From positions 10,120-74,119 of the forward strand of contig JAIPHU010000002.1 of the NCBI GenBank assembly GCA_021735045.1: DNA of 64,000 nt, given 5' to 3'. This DNA comes from Candidatus Omnitrophota bacterium. Lineage in GTDB: Bacteria > Omnitrophota > Gorgyraeia > Duberdicusellales > 4484-171. The translations under genes were made by a program, and so were the position numbers. Shown here piece after piece: positions 1 to 9,264 of the stretch (its first letter is position 1; the number at the start of each line of letters is the position of its first letter). Below the pieces are notes generated by a model. That model made no database searches and was not told the origin of the DNA. It was given only the letters and a program-made list of their open reading frames with translations.

Positions 1-318
1 TTTCGCTATCAGGCGACTTTAAATTTTAATTTATCTGATAAAAAAAGAGGTGCTGCTGAGACTATTGATATCTCTAAGGGCGGTTTGTGTTTTAAAAATG
101 GCAAAAAACTTAAAAAAGGAGATAAAATAGAGGTGGAGCTTATGGTTTTGAATAAAAAAGAAAGGTTGAACCTTGTGGGTCAAGTAGCTTGGGTTGCACG
201 AGCTGAAGAAGACAGCAAGGGTTTTGCAAGATATTATAAGATAGGAATTGAGTTTTCTAAACTTAATCAGAAGGAAAGAAAAATTATTACCCAAGCAATT
301 GAAGATATAGCAAAATAA
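1..318 (+). CDS. PilZ-domain protein, 5'-truncated by window edge (frame open from nt 1)
   Basis: No stop codon from nt 1 in the frame of the 85..318 ORF. C-terminal pattern VAWVARAEE..GFARYYKIGIEF is typical of the PilZ C-terminal beta-barrel. Paralogous to the PilZ tail of the GT2 synthase at 6044..7876. Confidence 0.55.
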   Translation, partial: FRYQATLNFNLSDKKRGAAETIDISKGGLCFKNGKKLKKGDKIEVELMVLNKKERLNLVGQVAWVARAEEDSKGFARYYKIGIEFSKLNQKERKIITQAIEDIAK

Positions 319-402
319 AAAATAGATATTTGAATCTTTTTTGATCTTATAGTATGATAACATATATTGATTCGATAAAACGATTAAAGTTGAAAGATAA
401 AA

Positions 403-642
403 ATGATTAGAAAAGATAAATTATTAGTTAAATTAGATAAACTACAAGAGCTAGAAGGTAGGTTGATTCCTTTGTTGGATAAGCATCTTTCGGCTTCTCT
501 AGACTTTAGTCAGTTGCCAAAAGAGGAAAGGGATAAGACCATGGAATTTTTAAAAAGTAGGGTAAATATACAGAAAAAACACACTGAATCGATTAAAAGT
601 ATCAAAGAAGAATTAACCGAATCCGAAAAAAATGTTTACTAA
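403..642 (+). CDS. small helical protein 'A1' of unknown function; paralog of 8822..9046
   Basis: 79 aa. Shares IP(L/I)..KHL(S/D)(A/S) and a distal conserved His with the 8822..9046 protein (about 30% identity by eye). Stop overlaps the start of the next ORF, suggesting translational coupling. Confidence 0.5.
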   Translation: MIRKDKLLVKLDKLQELEGRLIPLLDKHLSASLDFSQLPKEERDKTMEFLKSRVNIQKKHTESIKSIKEELTESEKNVY

Positions 643-826
643 AGAAGATTACTTAACTTATTTTGATCAATTAGCAGATATTTATAAAGATTCTATTAAT
701 CTCTACACTGATTTGCTAAATGGTTTACAAGATAAAGCAATCCGAAATAAGTTACTAGCAGTTGCTTCAGAAAATATGGAAGCTTTTCGTTTTATAAAAG
801 AAGAAAAGACAAAATTTAATAAATAA
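632..826 (+). CDS. small helical protein 'B1' of unknown function; paralog of 9046..9249
   Basis: 64 aa. N-terminus M(F/L)(T/S)KEDY and a DK(A/E)I(R/K)N block are shared with the 9046..9249 protein. Overlaps the A1 stop by 11 nt. Confidence 0.5.
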   Translation: MFTKEDYLTYFDQLADIYKDSINLYTDLLNGLQDKAIRNKLLAVASENMEAFRFIKEEKTKFNK

Positions 827-837
827 AAGGAGAAGTT

Positions 838-1209
838 ATGCCTGCCAACAAAAAAATACTTATTGCTGATGATGAACCAGATTTTGTGGAACTTATATCC
901 ATGCGTCTTGAAGTTAACGGCTATGATGTGGTTTCGGCTAAAGATGGCCAAGAGGCAATTGATAAAACTAAAAGTGAAAAGCCGGATTTATTGATTTTAG
1001 ACTTAATGATGCCCAAAGTTGATGGGTTTGAGGTTTGCCGGATGCTAAAGTTTGACGATAATTTTAAGGATTTGCCGATAATAGTACTTTCTGCTCTTGA
1101 TCAGCAACAAGATCGGGAAAAGGCCGTTGAGGCTGGAGCCGATGAATACTTTATCAAACCTTTTGATTTAAGCTTACTTTTAACTAAGATTCAAGAACTT
1201 ACTGGATAA
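838..1209 (+). CDS. CheY-like response regulator, receiver domain only
   Basis: Has the DDEPD acidic pocket, the phospho-acceptor context LILDLMMP, and a KPFD C-terminus. RBS aaggag lies upstream. Close paralog of 12183..12545. Confidence 0.9.
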   Translation: MPANKKILIADDEPDFVELISMRLEVNGYDVVSAKDGQEAIDKTKSEKPDLLILDLMMPKVDGFEVCRMLKFDDNFKDLPIIVLSALDQQQDREKAVEAGADEYFIKPFDLSLLLTKIQELTG

Positions 1210-1216
1210 AAAAAGC

Positions 1217-1244
1217 TTGCATTATTTATTTTATTTATTAAAAT
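1217..1244 (+). promoter_or_regulatory. sigma70-like promoter TTGCAT-16-TAAAAT upstream of the EF-G gene
   Basis: Read directly: -35 TTGCAT at 1217..1222 and -10 TAAAAT at 1239..1244, about 75 nt upstream of the ATG at 1319. Confidence 0.45.
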
Positions 1245-1318
1245 AAGTACTTCATTGCTTGCCTTCCTGTTTTTTGTTTGGATAATAAATAATAATTTGT
1301 AAAAGTGAGGAAGATAAA

Positions 1319-3421
1319 ATGGCACGAAGAATCAGTTTAGAAAAAGTACGTAATATTGGAATTATGGCTCATATTGATGCCGGTAAGACAACACTTACCG
1401 AACGCATTCTTTTTTATACCGGGCGGTCGCATAAAATGGGGGAAGTCCATGATGGAGCTGCGGTAATGGATTGGATGAAACAAGAGCAAGAAAGAGGTAT
1501 AACCATAACTTCAGCGGCAACTACTTGTAGTTGGTTGGATCACAGAATAAATATAATCGATACTCCTGGCCACGTTGATTTTACTGTTGAAGTTGAACGT
1601 TCTTTGCGAGTTTTAGATGGATCAATTGCTGTATTTTGTGCTGTAGGTGGGGTGGAACCTCAGGCAGAAAAGGTATGGCATCAATCTGATAAATATGAAG
1701 TGCCAAAAATCGCTTTTGTAAATAAGATGGATAGGGCTGGAGCAAACTTTTTTGAAGTAGTCAAAGACATTGAAGAAGAGCTGGGGGCAAATGTTATCCC
1801 TTTACAAGTTCCTATTGGGGCTGAAGATAATTTTAGAGGAATAATCGATCTAATGGATATGAAAGCTTATATCTACGACGATGAGTCTTTAGGTAAAAAC
1901 TTTCACATTGAAGATATACCCACAGACTATCAAGATAAAGCTAAAGAGCATCATCATATAATGGTTGAAAAAGCTGTTGAACTAGATGATTCTTTAATGG
2001 AGAAGTATCTTGAGTCCGAAGATTCTATTTCAAAAGAGGAGCTGGTTAAAGCTATAAGAAGAGGCGTTATAGCCAATAAAATTGTTCCGGCAATGTGTGG
2101 TTCTGCCTTTAAGAATAAAGGGGTCCAGCGCCTTCTTGATGCGATAACTCTTTATCTTCCTTCTCCTCTGAATTTACCACCAGCTGAAGGAACAGATCCA
2201 AACGATCCTGAGAAAATAATTAAAAGAGAGCCTAAAGATGATGCACCTTTTTCAGCTTTGGCGTTTAAAGTACAAGCTGATCCTCATATGGGAAAACTGA
2301 TTTATTTTAGAGCTTACTCAGGCAAACTTGAGGCAGGCTCATATATTCAAAATGTAACCAAAGGAAAAAAAGAAAGAGTAGGGAGAATCTTACAGATGCA
2401 TGCAAATCAACGTGAAAGCCGCCCGGATATATATGCTGGTGATATTGCTGCAGCAGTAGGGCTTGATAATACTACAACAGGAGATACTTTAACTTCAGTT
2501 GAAGATCAAGTGTTGCTTGAGGCTATGGAGTTTCCCGCACCGGTTATGGCAATAAGTATTAAGCCAGAAAGTAATGCCGATCAAGATAAAATCTCAAAAG
2601 GCTTAAGCCGTTTAGCTGAAGAGGATCCCACTTTTACAGTTAAGACCGATAAAGAAACTGATGAAACTATTATATCAGGAATGGGGGAGCTACACCTTGA
2701 TGTTATTGTTGACCGCCTTAAGCGTGAGTTTGGTGTTTCAGCAAAAGTTGGAGCTCCTAAAGTTGCTTATCGGGAAACTATTTTAGGGACTACAAAAGAA
2801 GACTATAAGTATGCAAAACAAACTGGTGGCCGCGGCCAATACGGCCATGTTGTCTTAGAGCTATCACCATCTAAGTCTTCGGAAGGTTTTGATTTTATCA
2901 ATAGCATTAAAGGAGGGGCAATACCTCGTGAATATATTCCGGCTGTGGAAAAAGGGGTAATCGAGGTAATGAAAAAAGGTATTTATGCAGGGTTTCCGGT
3001 AGTTGATGTGAAGGTAAACTTAGTAGATGGTTCTTATCATGATGTGGATTCATCAGAATTTGCTTTTAAAATGACCGGAGGCGAGTGTTTTAAGAAAGCT
3101 TTTAATAAGTGTGAGCCAGTTTTATTAGAGCCTTCTATGTCAATTGAGATTACAACTCCGGAAGATTATGTGGGCGGAGTTGTGGGCGATATCTGTTCGC
3201 GTCGCGGTAAAGTTATAAATATAGATTCAAAAGGTAAACAACAACTAATTTCAGCAGAAGCCCCTTTAGCTGAAATGTTTGGCTATGCTAGTACTTTACG
3301 TTCTTTAAGTAGTGGGCGAGCAAATTATTCAATGCATTTTGAAAAATACGTACAAGTTCCTTATCAGATAGCAGAAAACATTATCGAAGAAAAGCAAAAA
3401 GAAAAGGAAGCAAAAAAATAA
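1319..3421 (+). CDS. fusA: translation elongation factor G (EF-G), probably a paralog located outside the str operon
   Basis: 700 aa. G1 motif AHIDAGKTT. Near-canonical N-terminus [42 protein letters not shown]. Domains IV/V are recognisable. No rpsL, rpsG or tuf neighbours. Confidence 0.95.
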   Translation: MARRISLEKVRNIGIMAHIDAGKTTLTERILFYTGRSHKMGEVHDGAAVMDWMKQEQERGITITSAATTCSWLDHRINIIDTPGHVDFTVEVERSLRVLDGSIAVFCAVGGVEPQAEKVWHQSDKYEVPKIAFVNKMDRAGANFFEVVKDIEEELGANVIPLQVPIGAEDNFRGIIDLMDMKAYIYDDESLGKNFHIEDIPTDYQDKAKEHHHIMVEKAVELDDSLMEKYLESEDSISKEELVKAIRRGVIANKIVPAMCGSAFKNKGVQRLLDAITLYLPSPLNLPPAEGTDPNDPEKIIKREPKDDAPFSALAFKVQADPHMGKLIYFRAYSGKLEAGSYIQNVTKGKKERVGRILQMHANQRESRPDIYAGDIAAAVGLDNTTTGDTLTSVEDQVLLEAMEFPAPVMAISIKPESNADQDKISKGLSRLAEEDPTFTVKTDKETDETIISGMGELHLDVIVDRLKREFGVSAKVGAPKVAYRETILGTTKEDYKYAKQTGGRGQYGHVVLELSPSKSSEGFDFINSIKGGAIPREYIPAVEKGVIEVMKKGIYAGFPVVDVKVNLVDGSYHDVDSSEFAFKMTGGECFKKAFNKCEPVLLEPSMSIEITTPEDYVGGVVGDICSRRGKVINIDSKGKQQLISAEAPLAEMFGYASTLRSLSSGRANYSMHFEKYVQVPYQIAENIIEEKQKEKEAKK

Positions 3422-3589
3422 TCAATAAATTTTTAATTGCGCTGATTGATTTAACCTCTAAGCAGGAATCTAACTTCTTGCGCCGTAAAAACTTACCTAC
3501 TAATTATTTTCTTCTTTTTGTAATTTTTTATTTTTTAAACTAAGATATTTGTTATAATAGTTCTAAACTCAAATGTTTTAGTTTATATA

Positions 3590-6031
3590 ATGAAGAAAAT
3601 AATCAATCTTGTCTTTAGTTTAATTGTAGTTGCCGGATTAACTTCATTTCTATACCATTACACCCAGCAAGCAGAAATAAATTATTATCAGGGGCACCGC
3701 TTATTTTTAAATGGTAACTATAGCAAAGCCATTCCTTACTACAAAAACTCTCTTAAAGCTGACCACAGACAATTTAAGGCAAAAAAAGAGTTAGCTTATT
3801 CTTATTTTTGGACTGATAATCCAAAAAAATCTATACCCCTTTTTGAAGATATTTCTAAAAAAAATCCAAAGAATCAAGAATTAAAACTATATCTGGCTAA
3901 GGCCTATTCTCGAACTGGTAGCCGTAACAAGGCGCTATCGATTATGGGTAAGATTGAGACTAAGGACAAACAACTAGATATAAAAATGACCTTAGCAGAA
4001 ATTTATATCTGGAACAATCAGTTAACTAAAGCCAGAGAGTTGCTTAGAGAAGTTCTAGCTCAGAATCCTAGTAATAATAAGGCAAAGTTTCTTTTAGCTA
4101 AAACTTTTTATTATGATCAAAAAAGTAAAAAAGCTTCAAAAATCTTAGAAAATTTACTAGAGGAAGGAAAAGAACTGCCTGAGAATGTTAAAGAAAAAGA
4201 AGTAAGAGGGCTTTTAGCTCAAACTTATATATCAAGCAATCAGAGTCAAAGGGCGGTTGAGCTTTATCAGCAGTTGGTTGATCAGAATCCTAACGATATA
4301 GATTTAAAAATGAAATTAGCTGAACTCTTAAGCTGGACTAAAGAACTAGAAAGATCAGAAGATTTGTATCGAAAAATAATTAAAAAATCCTCCCGGAAAA
4401 GAGAAGCCTATCTAGGCCTAGCTAAGGTATTAATTGGGCAAAACCGGTATAAAGAAGCTATCAGTATAATTGATAAGATCGGAAAAATAAAAGGAACTAA
4501 AAATGCAAAGCTGATGTATGGAAAAGCATTGTTATATTCAGGAAAACCAAAATTAGCGCGGGATATTTTTGCTAAACTATTAAAAGATTATCCTCAGGAT
4601 TTAGAAACTAAAGAATTATTGGCAGATGCTTACGCCTATAGTAAAAAATATAAAAAAGCGATTTTATTATATCGGAAAATTCTAGTTAAAACAGATCGTC
4701 GCAAAACAAAAAAAGGTTTGGCAGCAGTTTTAAGTTGGAATCAGCAATACCAAAAATCAATTAAATTATACGATCAATTACTTGCCGAGGAGTACGATCC
4801 AGAGGTTAAACGGCAAAAAGCTCGCGTATTAGGCTGGAGCAAGAACTACCAGAAAGCTTTAGCTGAATATAAGGATTTACTGGATAAGGAAAAAAGTTCA
4901 GCGATTAGGCTGGAGATGGAGGCAAAACAAGCTTATTGGCAGGGAGAAGTTAAGAGTGCAATCAACAATTACCAAAAGCTCTTGATTGCAGAGCCAGATA
5001 ACGTTGAAGCTGCCTTTGATCTCAGCCAGCTTTACTCTTATCAGGATATGTGGGAGGAGGCGATCAACCAATATGAAAATATCTTAAAAGTACAACCACT
5101 GCATTCCAGAGCCAGAGAAGGCTTAGAAAAAGCAAAAATTTTTTATAAAAAAGTTAAAACCAGGCTAGATTATCTATTTTTTGAAGCTGATTCTCCCGAC
5201 AGAACTACAGACATTAAAAAACACCAAGTTTTAAAATCAGCATCTTTTTTTATTGCTAAAAATAAAAAAATAAAGATTTCTTCTGACTTTGCCCAGAGAA
5301 GTTTTTCTGATTTTTCTTCGATTTCAGAAAGTAAGACCCAGCTCGAAATTAGCTACCAAAATAATCCCGATTGGAATTTAAGCGCTTATTACGGTTTAGT
5401 TAATTACTACAAGCACCTCGATGAGTTATTCCATCTATTTGGAGCATCTTTTTACCATCGTTTTTTTGATCGGGGGATGTTTAACTTTAATTACCAACGC
5501 CAAAGGCTGACCGACAACAGCCAGTTGATTAGAGATTACGCTTACCGGCATAGTTTTGAAAATAAAATTGATTTTGATTTAACGTCGAAACTTAAAATGG
5601 GCCTTGACTGTAGATTAGCCTATTATTTTGATGCAAATTTTTTAGTTGAACCAGGAATTGATTTTACCTATTATTTTTCTAAAGAGCCCAGGCAATTTTA
5701 TCTTACCTATAGGTACTTTTTTAAAGAATTTAGAAAAGAAAGTTCTGATTATTGGACACCGCGGGGGTTTTCTACCAATAAATTAACTTTAGCTTGGCGT
5801 CATTACCTAAATTCAGACCAATTATTTTTTGGGGCAGATCAGCTTTATTATCAGCTAAAGTATGAAGTTTCCTTAGATTCAACAGACATTTTAATTCATA
5901 AATTTATTGGCCAATTTAACTGGGATATTAATAAGAGTCTGAATATCCACTTTGGTGGTTCTTTTGCCGATACAACTTCCAATGTTTATCAGGAAAAAAG
6001 AATTACGGCGGGGTTAAGCTATTATTTTTAA
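3590..6031 (+). CDS. TPR-repeat protein with C-terminal outer-membrane beta-barrel (BcsC/PgaA/PelB-like exopolysaccharide export porin)
   Basis: Signal/anchor peptide at the N-terminus. About 500 aa of TPR-like repeats. C-terminal ~300 aa has alternating aromatic/hydrophobic strands and ends ...LSYYF (terminal Phe, the BAM signature). Followed 12 nt later by the GT2 synthase. Confidence 0.75.
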   Translation: MKKIINLVFSLIVVAGLTSFLYHYTQQAEINYYQGHRLFLNGNYSKAIPYYKNSLKADHRQFKAKKELAYSYFWTDNPKKSIPLFEDISKKNPKNQELKLYLAKAYSRTGSRNKALSIMGKIETKDKQLDIKMTLAEIYIWNNQLTKARELLREVLAQNPSNNKAKFLLAKTFYYDQKSKKASKILENLLEEGKELPENVKEKEVRGLLAQTYISSNQSQRAVELYQQLVDQNPNDIDLKMKLAELLSWTKELERSEDLYRKIIKKSSRKREAYLGLAKVLIGQNRYKEAISIIDKIGKIKGTKNAKLMYGKALLYSGKPKLARDIFAKLLKDYPQDLETKELLADAYAYSKKYKKAILLYRKILVKTDRRKTKKGLAAVLSWNQQYQKSIKLYDQLLAEEYDPEVKRQKARVLGWSKNYQKALAEYKDLLDKEKSSAIRLEMEAKQAYWQGEVKSAINNYQKLLIAEPDNVEAAFDLSQLYSYQDMWEEAINQYENILKVQPLHSRAREGLEKAKIFYKKVKTRLDYLFFEADSPDRTTDIKKHQVLKSASFFIAKNKKIKISSDFAQRSFSDFSSISESKTQLEISYQNNPDWNLSAYYGLVNYYKHLDELFHLFGASFYHRFFDRGMFNFNYQRQRLTDNSQLIRDYAYRHSFENKIDFDLTSKLKMGLDCRLAYYFDANFLVEPGIDFTYYFSKEPRQFYLTYRYFFKEFRKESSDYWTPRGFSTNKLTLAWRHYLNSDQLFFGADQLYYQLKYEVSLDSTDILIHKFIGQFNWDINKSLNIHFGGSFADTTSNVYQEKRITAGLSYYF

Positions 6032-6043
6032 ATTTAAATTATA

Positions 6044-7876
6044 ATGAATAAGAAAAAATTAATTGATTCTTTGATTTTATTTACTTTGGTTGCAGTGATG
6101 GTCTATGTTGTAACCAGGGCGGTTTTAGTTGGTTATGCTGATTATACTGGCTGGGATCGTTTTAGTGCTATCGGTTTGTTGCTGGCAGAGTTGTTTGTAG
6201 TTTTTCATGGCGTAGGTTATACCTTAAACATCTATCGGGCTTATAGGTATAGTGGTGGAAAAGAAAAGATGCAAGAGGTAGCAAATAAACCTTTGCCAGA
6301 GGAACCATCGGTTGCGATATTTGTTGCTGCGCGCCATGAACCAAAAGAAGTTTTAGAGGAAACTTTTATTAGCATCAAAAACTTAAAATATAAAAATAAG
6401 AGTATTTATTTCCTTGATGATAGCTCTAAAAGCACTTATAAAAAAGAAGCAGATCAATTAGCAAAAGATCTAGATTTAAAGATTTTTCGACGCAAGGATC
6501 GCCACGGAGCAAAGGCAGGAATCATTAATGATTGTCTAAAGACAATTAATTCTAAGTATTTAGTTGTTTTTGATGCAGATCAGAATCCGCTACCTGAGTT
6601 TTTAAATCGTGTGGTGGCGTTGATGGAGTCGGACCAAAGACTTGCTTTTGTCCAAACCCCTCAATTTTATAGTAATGTGGAAGGTTCACAAATTGCCAAA
6701 GCGGCGGCTTTTCAGCAAGCGGTATTTTATGAATATATCTGTGAAGGAAAAAGTAGCCAGGATGCGATGTTTTGTTGCGGAACAAATATTATTTTTCGCA
6801 AAAAAGCCTTAGATCAAGTAGGTGGCCTAGATGAAAGTACAGTTACCGAAGATTTTGCCACTTCTTTTAAATTTCACCAAAAAGGCTGGAACTCTTTATA
6901 TTACAATCATGTCTATGCTTTTGGGATGGGGCCGGAAGATTTAGTCGGTTATTTTAAGCAGCAATACCGTTGGGCCAACGGCACGATCACTGTTTTTAAG
7001 AAAGTGTTAAAGAATTTAATATTGCACCCATTTTCTTTAAAAATTAAACAATGGGTAGAGTATTTACTTTCCAGCAGTTACTATCTAGTTGGTTTTGCCT
7101 TATTTGGCTTGATGCTTTTTCCGATCTTTTATCTTTTATTTGACATCCCTTCTTTCTTTGCTAAGCCACAAGTTTATTTTTTAGTTTTTTTACCTTATAT
7201 AACTCTTTCTTTAAGTATATTTTATTTCGTGTTAAAAGAAAGGAACTATACTGCCGGAGATCTTTTTAAAGGCCAGCTGGCCGGGTTTATAAGCTTTCCG
7301 ATCTATTTGCAAGCCGCTGTTTCTTCCTTTTTTGGCAGAAAGGCTACTTTCGGGATAACCTCAAAAGCAAAGGGGAAGTTTGTATCTTATTTTAGATTGT
7401 GGCCGCAAATTGTACTTTTATTCCTAAATTATATTGCGATTGTCTGGGGAATGAATCGATTCATCTATCAACGTGATCCGGCGGTAGTAATTAATGTTTT
7501 TTGGGCCTTTTATCATTTTTTGCTGTTAGCTTCTATTTTTTATTTTAACGAAAGGATTATTCCTAAGGCTTTTTTAAAAAAAATTGCGAAAGAGAGAATA
7601 GTTGACTATCAAGTTCTCGAGAGAAATCGCCCCAAACCTGAATTAAACTCTAGGAATTGGCCGGTTTGTTTTGCGACCAAGTTGCCGGATCGATTAAAAG
7701 AGGGAACACTGTTGATGGCAAAAGTAAAAAGCAGAGGAGGAAAGCAGCTAATCTTTGACGCAGAAGTTACCTGGGCGAGTCCCAGAAAGCGGTTTGGCGG
7801 TTATGCTACTGGCTTTGGAGTTGCCAAGGCTTCACCGGAAATTATTACCCAATTAAGGAAATTAGTAAAAAAATGA
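6044..7876 (+). CDS. processive GT2 glycosyltransferase with C-terminal PilZ domain (BcsA-like c-di-GMP-dependent polysaccharide synthase)
   Basis: Motifs FLDDSS, VFDADQ, TVTEDF (TED), FCCGTN (FFCGS-like) and QQYRWANG (QxxRW). Multiple TM helices. C-terminal RNRPKPELNSR...GGKQLIF...VTWASP resembles a PilZ domain. Confidence 0.85.
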   Translation: MNKKKLIDSLILFTLVAVMVYVVTRAVLVGYADYTGWDRFSAIGLLLAELFVVFHGVGYTLNIYRAYRYSGGKEKMQEVANKPLPEEPSVAIFVAARHEPKEVLEETFISIKNLKYKNKSIYFLDDSSKSTYKKEADQLAKDLDLKIFRRKDRHGAKAGIINDCLKTINSKYLVVFDADQNPLPEFLNRVVALMESDQRLAFVQTPQFYSNVEGSQIAKAAAFQQAVFYEYICEGKSSQDAMFCCGTNIIFRKKALDQVGGLDESTVTEDFATSFKFHQKGWNSLYYNHVYAFGMGPEDLVGYFKQQYRWANGTITVFKKVLKNLILHPFSLKIKQWVEYLLSSSYYLVGFALFGLMLFPIFYLLFDIPSFFAKPQVYFLVFLPYITLSLSIFYFVLKERNYTAGDLFKGQLAGFISFPIYLQAAVSSFFGRKATFGITSKAKGKFVSYFRLWPQIVLLFLNYIAIVWGMNRFIYQRDPAVVINVFWAFYHFLLLASIFYFNERIIPKAFLKKIAKERIVDYQVLERNRPKPELNSRNWPVCFATKLPDRLKEGTLLMAKVKSRGGKQLIFDAEVTWASPRKRFGGYATGFGVAKASPEIITQLRKLVKK

Positions 7877-8829
7877 TTAAAAAAATTAAATTAATAGTGA
7901 TTATTTTTATTATTATTTTGTTTTCTTTTTTTTATTTTGCATACATAAAGCAAATCGGTAAAAACGATTATTGTTTAACGGGTGCTTTTTTGGCGGACCG
8001 GCCAACTAGAAAAGAGATAAAAGAATTTCAAAACAACTATGGTAAAAAGCCATATTTGGTGATGGTTTTTATTGATTGGGAAAACTTTATTGAAAGAAGT
8101 GTCTATCAAGATATTTTTGCTGCCGGTTCAGTTCCTTTTGTTACCTGGGAGCCTTGGCAGGCCGAAACTAAAGAAGGAATTGATTTTGACCAAATCTTAA
8201 GCGGAGAGTATGATCAGTATATAACTAATTTTATAGAGAGGATCACTAAATTTAAAAAGCCAGTTTTTTTACGCTTTGCTCATGAAGCTAATGGCAACTG
8301 GTATCCTTGGGCCGGGAAAAAAGTGGGAGCTGCGAAGTTAATCGCTGTGCAAAGATATCTCAAGGATTTGGCAGAGAGGCAAGGCCCCAATCAGATCAAG
8401 TGGGTGTTTTCGGTTAATTGGCAAGATATACCGGCAGATAAAGATAATTTTTTTATGAACTACTATCCGGGCAAAGACTACGTTGATTATTTTGGCATTG
8501 ATGGTTATAATTGGGGTGATACGCAAGAATGGAGTCATTGGATGGAATTTGCAGAGATTTTTAAAGATCCCTATCAGATTATAACCTCAGAGACAAATAA
8601 ACCGGTTATAATTTCTGAATTTGGCTCGGCTCAATCCGGTGGAGATAAAGCTGAATGGATAAAAAATACTTTTAAAACTATAAAGAAAATGAAAAGAGTT
8701 AAAGGTTTTGTTTTGTTTAATCTGGATAAGGAAGCAGCTTGGCGGTTTCGGCCCCAAAGTGCAGCTGGTAAGCAACTCAAAAAAGGATTAAACAACTCAT
8801 ATTTTAAGGAGAGCCTGAAAGGTGAATAA
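7873..8829 (+). CDS. membrane-anchored glycoside hydrolase, GH26-like (mannanase/lichenase family)
   Basis: N-terminal TM anchor. LRFAHEANGNWYPWAG matches the GH26 acid/base motif (R.xHEMNg.W.W). VIISEFGS is a candidate nucleophile motif. Start overlaps the GT2 stop (ATGA). Confidence 0.6.
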   Translation: MIKKIKLIVIIFIIILFSFFYFAYIKQIGKNDYCLTGAFLADRPTRKEIKEFQNNYGKKPYLVMVFIDWENFIERSVYQDIFAAGSVPFVTWEPWQAETKEGIDFDQILSGEYDQYITNFIERITKFKKPVFLRFAHEANGNWYPWAGKKVGAAKLIAVQRYLKDLAERQGPNQIKWVFSVNWQDIPADKDNFFMNYYPGKDYVDYFGIDGYNWGDTQEWSHWMEFAEIFKDPYQIITSETNKPVIISEFGSAQSGGDKAEWIKNTFKTIKKMKRVKGFVLFNLDKEAAWRFRPQSAAGKQLKKGLNNSYFKESLKGE

Positions 8830-9046
8830 AAAAGAAATTATCAAGCATCTTAAAGAAGCCTTAATTGCAGAAGAAAAATCAATTCCAATTTATACTAAGC
8901 ATCTTGATTCAGCTGTTTTTTGGACTGGGCTAGGAAAAGAAAAAGCTGAGGAAATTAGAGAGATTCTTTCCGAATTAGCGCGAGGTTCAATGATCCATAA
9001 ACAAATTATTGAAAATTTGATCAAAAAACTAGAAGGGGAAACTTAA
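8822..9046 (+). CDS. small helical protein 'A2' (paralog of 403..642), GTG start overlapping the GH stop
   Basis: 74 aa. IPIYTKHLDSA and SMIHKQII align with A1. Translationally coupled to both flanking genes. Confidence 0.5.
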   Translation: MNKKEIIKHLKEALIAEEKSIPIYTKHLDSAVFWTGLGKEKAEEIREILSELARGSMIHKQIIENLIKKLEGET

Positions 9047-9249
9047 TGCTATCCAAAGAAGACTACCAAGAACATCTTAATCAGATGCTGGAGTTAGAAG
9101 AAAACATGGAAAAAATGTATGAAAATCTAGCCAAGAGGGTTGAAGATAAAGAAATAAAAAATATTTTTAGAAAAATTAGAGATGATGAACAAAAACATGC
9201 CGCTTTGGTGCGAAAAATGAAAAAAATGATTACCGAAGAAAGCAATTAA
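9046..9249 (+). CDS. small helical protein 'B2' (paralog of 632..826); possible half-ferritin-like two-helix protein
   Basis: 67 aa. MLSKEDY... and DDEQKHAAL (an ExxH-like motif). Start is the ATG in TAATG overlapping the A2 stop. Confidence 0.5.
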   Translation: MLSKEDYQEHLNQMLELEENMEKMYENLAKRVEDKEIKNIFRKIRDDEQKHAALVRKMKKMITEESN

Positions 9250-9264
9250 AACTGGTGCAGTAAA

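Noticed and set aside
31-363. Minus-strand ORFs from the six-frame track that lie fully inside plus-strand genes (e.g. 31..363, 703..951, 6552..6785, 8338..8538, 8587..8775, 10644..10883, 11310..11840, 12299..12490, 26214..26486, 26774..27061, 38211..38442, 45567..46055, 49061..49394, 55201..55662, 55782..56072, 58412..59489, 61752..62145, 62474..62659).
   Set aside because: These are shadow ORFs antisense to well-supported genes. They have low-complexity, F/L/K-rich translations caused by the AT bias, and no RBS or conserved motifs.
3422-3589. Scanned the larger intergenic regions (3422..3589, 12546..12675, 20499..20670, 26503..26681, 33862..34152, 46027..46214) for tRNA, tmRNA, SRP or RNase P RNA, or riboswitch signatures (e.g. 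the GEMM c-di-GMP riboswitch).
   Set aside because: No T-loop GGTTCGAATCC-like box, no anticodon-arm geometry, and none of the conserved riboswitch cores I can recognise by eye. A covariance-model search (Infernal/Rfam) would be needed to exclude them properly.
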